A model generated the notes under the pieces. That model had not been told where the DNA came from. It saw nothing but the letters and a program-made list of their open reading frames with translations, and ran no database searches. From a virus (Duplodnaviria; Caudoviricetes), in IMG/VR virus record IMGVR_UViG_3300027956_000023, positions 1 through 37,201 of that record: DNA of 37,201 nt. One strand, given 5' to 3'. Positions 33,293-37,201 of the stretch are shown piece after piece; within the stretch, counting starts at the first letter, position 1, and each line of letters opens with the position of its first letter. Position numbers and translations under genes: made by a program.

Positions 33293-33507
33293 TCGTACCC
33301 ATCGGCCCTGCCGCATTCGTGTTCCGCCACAAGAGAACCGGCCAGATTTTCGTCGCACCCAGCGAGCGGTGGCATGAGTTCTACGACAACAAAGAGGACT
33401 GGGAACACACTGCGAGCGTGAATGCTTGCGGAGCTTTACAGTACATCATCGACGCCAAACCGGCTGAGAGGAACCGATACATCAAGTCACTTACGAAGAA
33501 ACCATGA
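33289..33507 (+). CDS. Accessory hypothetical protein, 72 aa
   Basis: ATGA-coupled start at 33289 with GGAGG upstream. Confidence 0.72.
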   Translation: MIVPIGPAAFVFRHKRTGQIFVAPSERWHEFYDNKEDWEHTASVNACGALQYIIDAKPAERNRYIKSLTKKP

Positions 33508-33680
33508 CCATCGAACAAATGAGAACCATCGACGCCGTCAAGACTTGGAAGGAACTGGAGGAGGCCAAGGAGCGCATCAAGCACCTGGAATCAGCCATCC
33601 GGAAGACCATCGACGACAACCGACACCTGGCCGACGGAGACAACTGCACCCTGATCGACCTCAAGAAAGCCCTTGCATAA
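33504..33680 (+). CDS. Accessory coiled-coil protein, 58 aa (MTIEQMRTIDAVKTWKELEEAKERIKHLE...)
   Basis: Hand-translated; ATGA overlap; same EAK/ERIK module as its neighbours. Confidence 0.72.
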   Translation: MTIEQMRTIDAVKTWKELEEAKERIKHLESAIRKTIDDNRHLADGDNCTLIDLKKALA

Positions 33681-33700
33681 CCAACGAATAGAAGAGAAAA

Positions 33701-33946
33701 ATGACGATACTCCAACAATTAGGGTTGACGAAGGAATCCATGTCACGCATGGTCGGCCATGTCACTCCGTTCAAGGATCCGAACCCTCGGATCAACCGGC
33801 GGTGGCCGGCTGTTCCAACCGAGATCCGAGATGCCATCCTTAAGGAGGACAAGTCACGCACTTACCCAGAACTATCCAAGAAGTACGGTATCTCACTGTC
33901 ATGCGTATGGAACATCAGGAACAACAAAAACAACAAACAACAATAG
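33701..33946 (+). CDS. HTH DNA-binding protein
   Basis: RTYPELSKKYGISLSCVWNIR. Confidence 0.78.
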   Translation: MTILQQLGLTKESMSRMVGHVTPFKDPNPRINRRWPAVPTEIRDAILKEDKSRTYPELSKKYGISLSCVWNIRNNKNNKQQ

Positions 33947-34086
33947 AGGAACTACAACGATGGAAACAGTTATGTCACGAATTGGCCGATTGCTTGGGAT
34001 GCGGATGCACAATCCAACACGGCCTGTGTGTCCAGTGCCACAAAGCACAGAAGCGGTACCGAGCAGTCCAAATACCTTTGAGGTAG
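33907..34086 (+). CDS. Small Cys-rich protein (possible)
   Basis: LQRWKQLCHELADCLGCGC...CVQC; overlaps the preceding gene's 3' end. Confidence 0.45.
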   Translation: MEHQEQQKQQTTIEELQRWKQLCHELADCLGCGCTIQHGLCVQCHKAQKRYRAVQIPLR

Positions 34087-34142
34087 TAGCAGTCAGTAAG
34101 AAGAAGAGCAGGAAGCACAACGTCCTGCTCAAACCCAACTAC

Positions 34143-34514
34143 ATGAAACTTAGCGATTCAATCGACACGGTTGTCAAACTACGGACTGAAGGTCTCACCT
34201 ACCGGCTCATCGGTGAACACCTCAAGATGTCCAAGCAGCGCGTCTATCAGATCATCCAAGCCGGCAAGCAGCGCGATCTGGATAGGTCTAAGTGGACCTT
34301 CGGACTCAGCGTCCGGAACGCCAAGCTGATGGATAAGCTCGGTATCACTTGCAGCGAATCCGCGAGGGTTGCTGTTGCAACAGGAGAGATCGCTCCGTTC
34401 AAGTGGGCCAACTTTGGTCGCAAGTCCTACACCGACCTCTGCCAGTGGCTCGATGTCAAACCGCTTGAATCCATTCCCAATCGGAAATGTCCTCACTGCG
34501 GACTCAAAACATGA
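34143..34514 (+). CDS. sigma70 region-4-like HTH fused to RNA polymerase alpha-CTD-like domain, with C-terminal CPHC
   Basis: EGLTYRLIGEHLKMSKQRVYQI (sigma4-type HTH) followed by GLSVRN...LGI...NFGRKSYTDL (alpha-CTD LSVR and N-x-G-x-K-S signatures). The ORF is open further upstream, so the start is uncertain. Confidence 0.75.
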   Translation: MKLSDSIDTVVKLRTEGLTYRLIGEHLKMSKQRVYQIIQAGKQRDLDRSKWTFGLSVRNAKLMDKLGITCSESARVAVATGEIAPFKWANFGRKSYTDLCQWLDVKPLESIPNRKCPHCGLKT

Positions 34515-34774
34515 CCGCTCGTCACCAATACCCACTCGTAGAATCAATCAAGGTGGTCCGTCTCTCCTCGGGGCGGACCATCCGCATTACAAGGGATCGT
34601 ACCAAGCAGGATCTCAAACTGATCCACGGCGACGGAGACATCCATCTCACCTGCGTCACTCACGCCGACGATCCAATCGAGATGATCAAGACACTGGCCC
34701 GCCTCGAAGACGTTCGATCAGTCGAACTCACCGACGACAAAGGCAACGGAATCATAGTCCACAAACAAAAATAA
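34511..34774 (+). CDS. Hypothetical protein, 87 aa
   Basis: ATGA-coupled to the previous gene; beta-rich. Confidence 0.7.
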   Translation: MTARHQYPLVESIKVVRLSSGRTIRITRDRTKQDLKLIHGDGDIHLTCVTHADDPIEMIKTLARLEDVRSVELTDDKGNGIIVHKQK

Positions 34775-34775
34775 C

Positions 34776-35021
34776 ATGCACCAGTCCTCAACACACGACA
34801 TCGTAACGGCACTCAAGATCGTCAGCACCCAAATCGAATCATCCGATGGAGTCGCACAAGCCCTCTGCCTCGAAGCAGCAAGTCGTCTCACTGACATGGT
34901 CCAGCTCACGAGCGACCTCACAGCACACGTTCTCGCCAATCCTGTCCATCACCCTCGATGTAACTCCAAGACCAAGGGTACCTACTGCAATTGTATCCTG
35001 GCGCGAGTCCTCCCCACATGA
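34776..35021 (+). CDS. Hypothetical protein with C-terminal H/C cluster
   Basis: EAASRL helix; HHPRC...CNC. Confidence 0.72.
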   Translation: MHQSSTHDIVTALKIVSTQIESSDGVAQALCLEAASRLTDMVQLTSDLTAHVLANPVHHPRCNSKTKGTYCNCILARVLPT

Positions 35022-35281
35022 AGACCCCAAGACACGAACAACCCTGGTACGAATCACGCCTGCTCAATAACAAGAAACCCAGCCCCATCACCGAAGAGGA
35101 ACGAACAAGCATCACCGACGAGAACCGTCGGCTCATCGAGGAGTCGGCCAGTATCATTGCCACCGGCGTCAAACGCGGATGGATCTCCTTCCCGGCGAAG
35201 ACCGAAGCCGAGACCTGGGTGCCATCACCAACCGGTCCCCAGCCACCAGATCCTCTCAGCATGATCTGGCCAGAATCCTAA
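35018..35281 (+). CDS. Hypothetical protein, 87 aa
   Basis: ATGA-coupled start (MKTPRHEQPWY). Confidence 0.68.
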   Translation: MKTPRHEQPWYESRLLNNKKPSPITEEERTSITDENRRLIEESASIIATGVKRGWISFPAKTEAETWVPSPTGPQPPDPLSMIWPES

Positions 35282-35311
35282 CAACCCCCTAACAAGCAAC
35301 GAATCAACGAC

Positions 35312-37138
35312 ATGACAACGCTCCAACGAGCGGCCCTTTGGCTTTCCAAGGTACCGCCAGCCATCTCCGGATCCGGTGGCCACAACGCCACCTACACCGC
35401 CGCAGTCGGTCTCGTCCACGGCTTCGCCCTCTCCCATGTGGACAGCCTCACCCTCCTCGAAGACTGGAACAAGTCCTGCCAACCCCCGTGGAAGGCCACA
35501 GAGCTGGCCTACAAGCTCCGAGATGCCGCGTCCCGCGCTCACAATAAGCCTAGGGGCCATCTTCTCGAAGCCGGGGGATCATCACCCTCCGGATCATTCG
35601 ACATCAGCAGGGTGACATTCAAGAAGCCGGTGGCCGACGCCCCGGTGCCAGTTCCATCGCTCAGCCCCGTCGCTCCAGATCCACAAGCCAGCGAGTTTAA
35701 GCGGTTCATGCTGGCCGCGTTCGCCCCGACTGAAGTCGTCTGCATCTGCGACGCCGTCGAGGAGGGTAGGCCAGTCAGTGCCGGCTCATTCATCACGATC
35801 GAGGAATGGCTCAACCGCTTCGATGATCCCCAGTCCCGCATCCTGTCCCCGGAGCGCGAAGGCATCTTCGTCCGCATCAACCCCTTCAAGCCCAACCTCT
35901 ACAGCGGCAGCGACAACGATGTCAGCGCGTTCCGCCATGTCCTAGTCGAGTTCGATGACCTCCCAAAGCCCGAGCAGGAACAACGCCTCCGGGACTCTGG
36001 CCTACCCATCACCGTCCTCATCGACTCCGGGGGCAAGAGCATCCATGGCTGGGTCCGGGTGGACGCCCCATCCCGCAAGGAATGGGACGCCCGCCGGGAT
36101 GAGATCTATCGGGTAATCCCCGGCATCGATGCCAAGAACAAGAACCCCTCGCGCTACTCCCGCCTCCCCGGCGCATGGCGCAGCCCCACCTCGCAGCAAC
36201 GGTTGTTGGACACCAACCTGGGTGCCGCATCCTGGGAGGATTGGCTCACCAACCGCGAGACCGATGATGACCAGTCCACCATCGTCACGGTCAAAGACCT
36301 CCTCGACTTCGATCCCAAGAATGATCCGGACAACCTCATCGGCAATCGTTGGATCACTCGCGGCTCATCCATGATCATCAGCGGCGGTACCGGCATCGGG
36401 AAGTCCAGCCTGATGATGCAGATCATCGTCCGCTGGTGCCTCGGCCTCGACTTCTTTGGCATCGCGCCGATCAAGCCATTGAAGATCGGGGTCATCCAAG
36501 CGGAGAACGACCGCGGCGATCTCTCCGAAGCCTTCCGCGGGGTCACACACAGGAAGTTCACCATCGAGCAGATGAACATGCTTCATAGGAACCTGGAGTT
36601 CCGCACCGAGACCGTTCGCACCGGCGAGCAGTTCTTGGCCTACGCCCGCCGATTCATCCACAAGTCCAAGCTCGATCTCATCATCGCCGATCCCCTGTTC
36701 TCCTACTTCGGCGGAGACCTGAGCGATCAATCCGAGGTCAGCGTCTTCCTCCGCAACAAGCTCCAGCCCATCCTCCACGAGACCAAGGTCGCTTGGATCT
36801 GGATGCACCACGTCTCCAAGCCCCAACGCAAGGAAACCGGCGAACCCCTCACCACCATGGAACTGGCCCACTCAGGCTTCGGCTCCTCCGAACTCGCCAA
36901 TTGGGCGCGGGAGATTGCCGTTCTCCATGAAGTAGGCCAATCAAAGCCTAGACGCTTCCAATTGGCCTTCTGCAAGCGGGGAGGGAGGATTGGACTCCCT
37001 TCCCCCATTCTCAACCTTCAGCACTCAGCCACCGGCATCCAGTGGGAGGAGTGCAACCCCCTCGCGTTCACTGGGGCTGATCTGAAGGGGGAGAAGAGCG
37101 GGAAGCCTTCTTATCCTCGTCGAGGGCGTCGCGCATAG
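35312..37138 (+). CDS. Primase-helicase: PriCT-like N-terminus, AEP/RepB-type primase, AAA_25/RepA-type helicase
   Basis: PAISGSGGH...WNKSCQPPW; LVEFDD, DSGGKSIHGW, NPSRYSRLPG; Walker A GGTGIGKS, QAEND, IIADP, MHH, GSSEL. Confidence 0.9.
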   Translation: MTTLQRAALWLSKVPPAISGSGGHNATYTAAVGLVHGFALSHVDSLTLLEDWNKSCQPPWKATELAYKLRDAASRAHNKPRGHLLEAGGSSPSGSFDISRVTFKKPVADAPVPVPSLSPVAPDPQASEFKRFMLAAFAPTEVVCICDAVEEGRPVSAGSFITIEEWLNRFDDPQSRILSPEREGIFVRINPFKPNLYSGSDNDVSAFRHVLVEFDDLPKPEQEQRLRDSGLPITVLIDSGGKSIHGWVRVDAPSRKEWDARRDEIYRVIPGIDAKNKNPSRYSRLPGAWRSPTSQQRLLDTNLGAASWEDWLTNRETDDDQSTIVTVKDLLDFDPKNDPDNLIGNRWITRGSSMIISGGTGIGKSSLMMQIIVRWCLGLDFFGIAPIKPLKIGVIQAENDRGDLSEAFRGVTHRKFTIEQMNMLHRNLEFRTETVRTGEQFLAYARRFIHKSKLDLIIADPLFSYFGGDLSDQSEVSVFLRNKLQPILHETKVAWIWMHHVSKPQRKETGEPLTTMELAHSGFGSSELANWAREIAVLHEVGQSKPRRFQLAFCKRGGRIGLPSPILNLQHSATGIQWEECNPLAFTGADLKGEKSGKPSYPRRGRRA

Positions 37139-37201
37139 CCTTGAACCAATCCTCTCCATCAGCCGCTTTCTCTTCGGGGGGAGCGGCTTGTTGCTGTTGG
37201 G
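36877..37201. repeat. Terminal direct repeat, right copy
   Basis: Matches 1-325 with one mismatch. Confidence 0.95.

Noticed and set aside
33759-34142. Long N-terminal extension of the sigma4/alpha-CTD ORF (251 aa as called)
   Set aside because: Overlaps the HTH gene 33701-33946 and the Cys-rich ORF 33907-34086 and has low-complexity composition; a later start is more plausible, though unproven.

Overview
The window looks like a complete, circularly permuted genome of about 36.9 kb (36,876 bp plus a 325-bp terminal overlap) from a short-tailed (podovirus-like) dsDNA phage. Layout: (i) a structured non-coding control region (~760-1600) next to a reverse-strand gene; (ii) a six-gene reverse-strand 'early' operon (1602-3300) with its own sigma70-type promoter and intrinsic terminator; (iii) a packaging/virion module: TerS, TerL, portal, scaffold, N4-gp56-like major capsid, tail fibres, a small membrane-protein lysis cassette, adaptor, nozzle, and ejection proteins including a 1447-aa protein with an HExxH motif; (iv) a replication/recombination module: Xis-like HTH, RecT-like annealase, RecE-like exonuclease, DUF669-like SSB, SF2 helicase, RuvC-like resolvase, RHH protein, an array of small translationally coupled genes, and an AEP/RepB-type primase fused to an AAA_25/RepA-type helicase. 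I found no integrase, DNA polymerase, RNA polymerase, tRNA, CRISPR array or recognisable endolysin. Most notable observations: a protein apparently fusing a sigma70 region-4-like HTH to an RNA polymerase alpha-CTD-like domain; an accessory gene array whose gene junctions are near-identical short repeats, next to a RecET-like pair; a hairpin cluster at an apparent GC-skew switch (candidate origin); and two translation-initiation modes (Shine-Dalgarno mainly at overlapping junctions, CAA-rich SD-less leaders elsewhere). All family assignments come from motifs recognised by eye, with no database searches.
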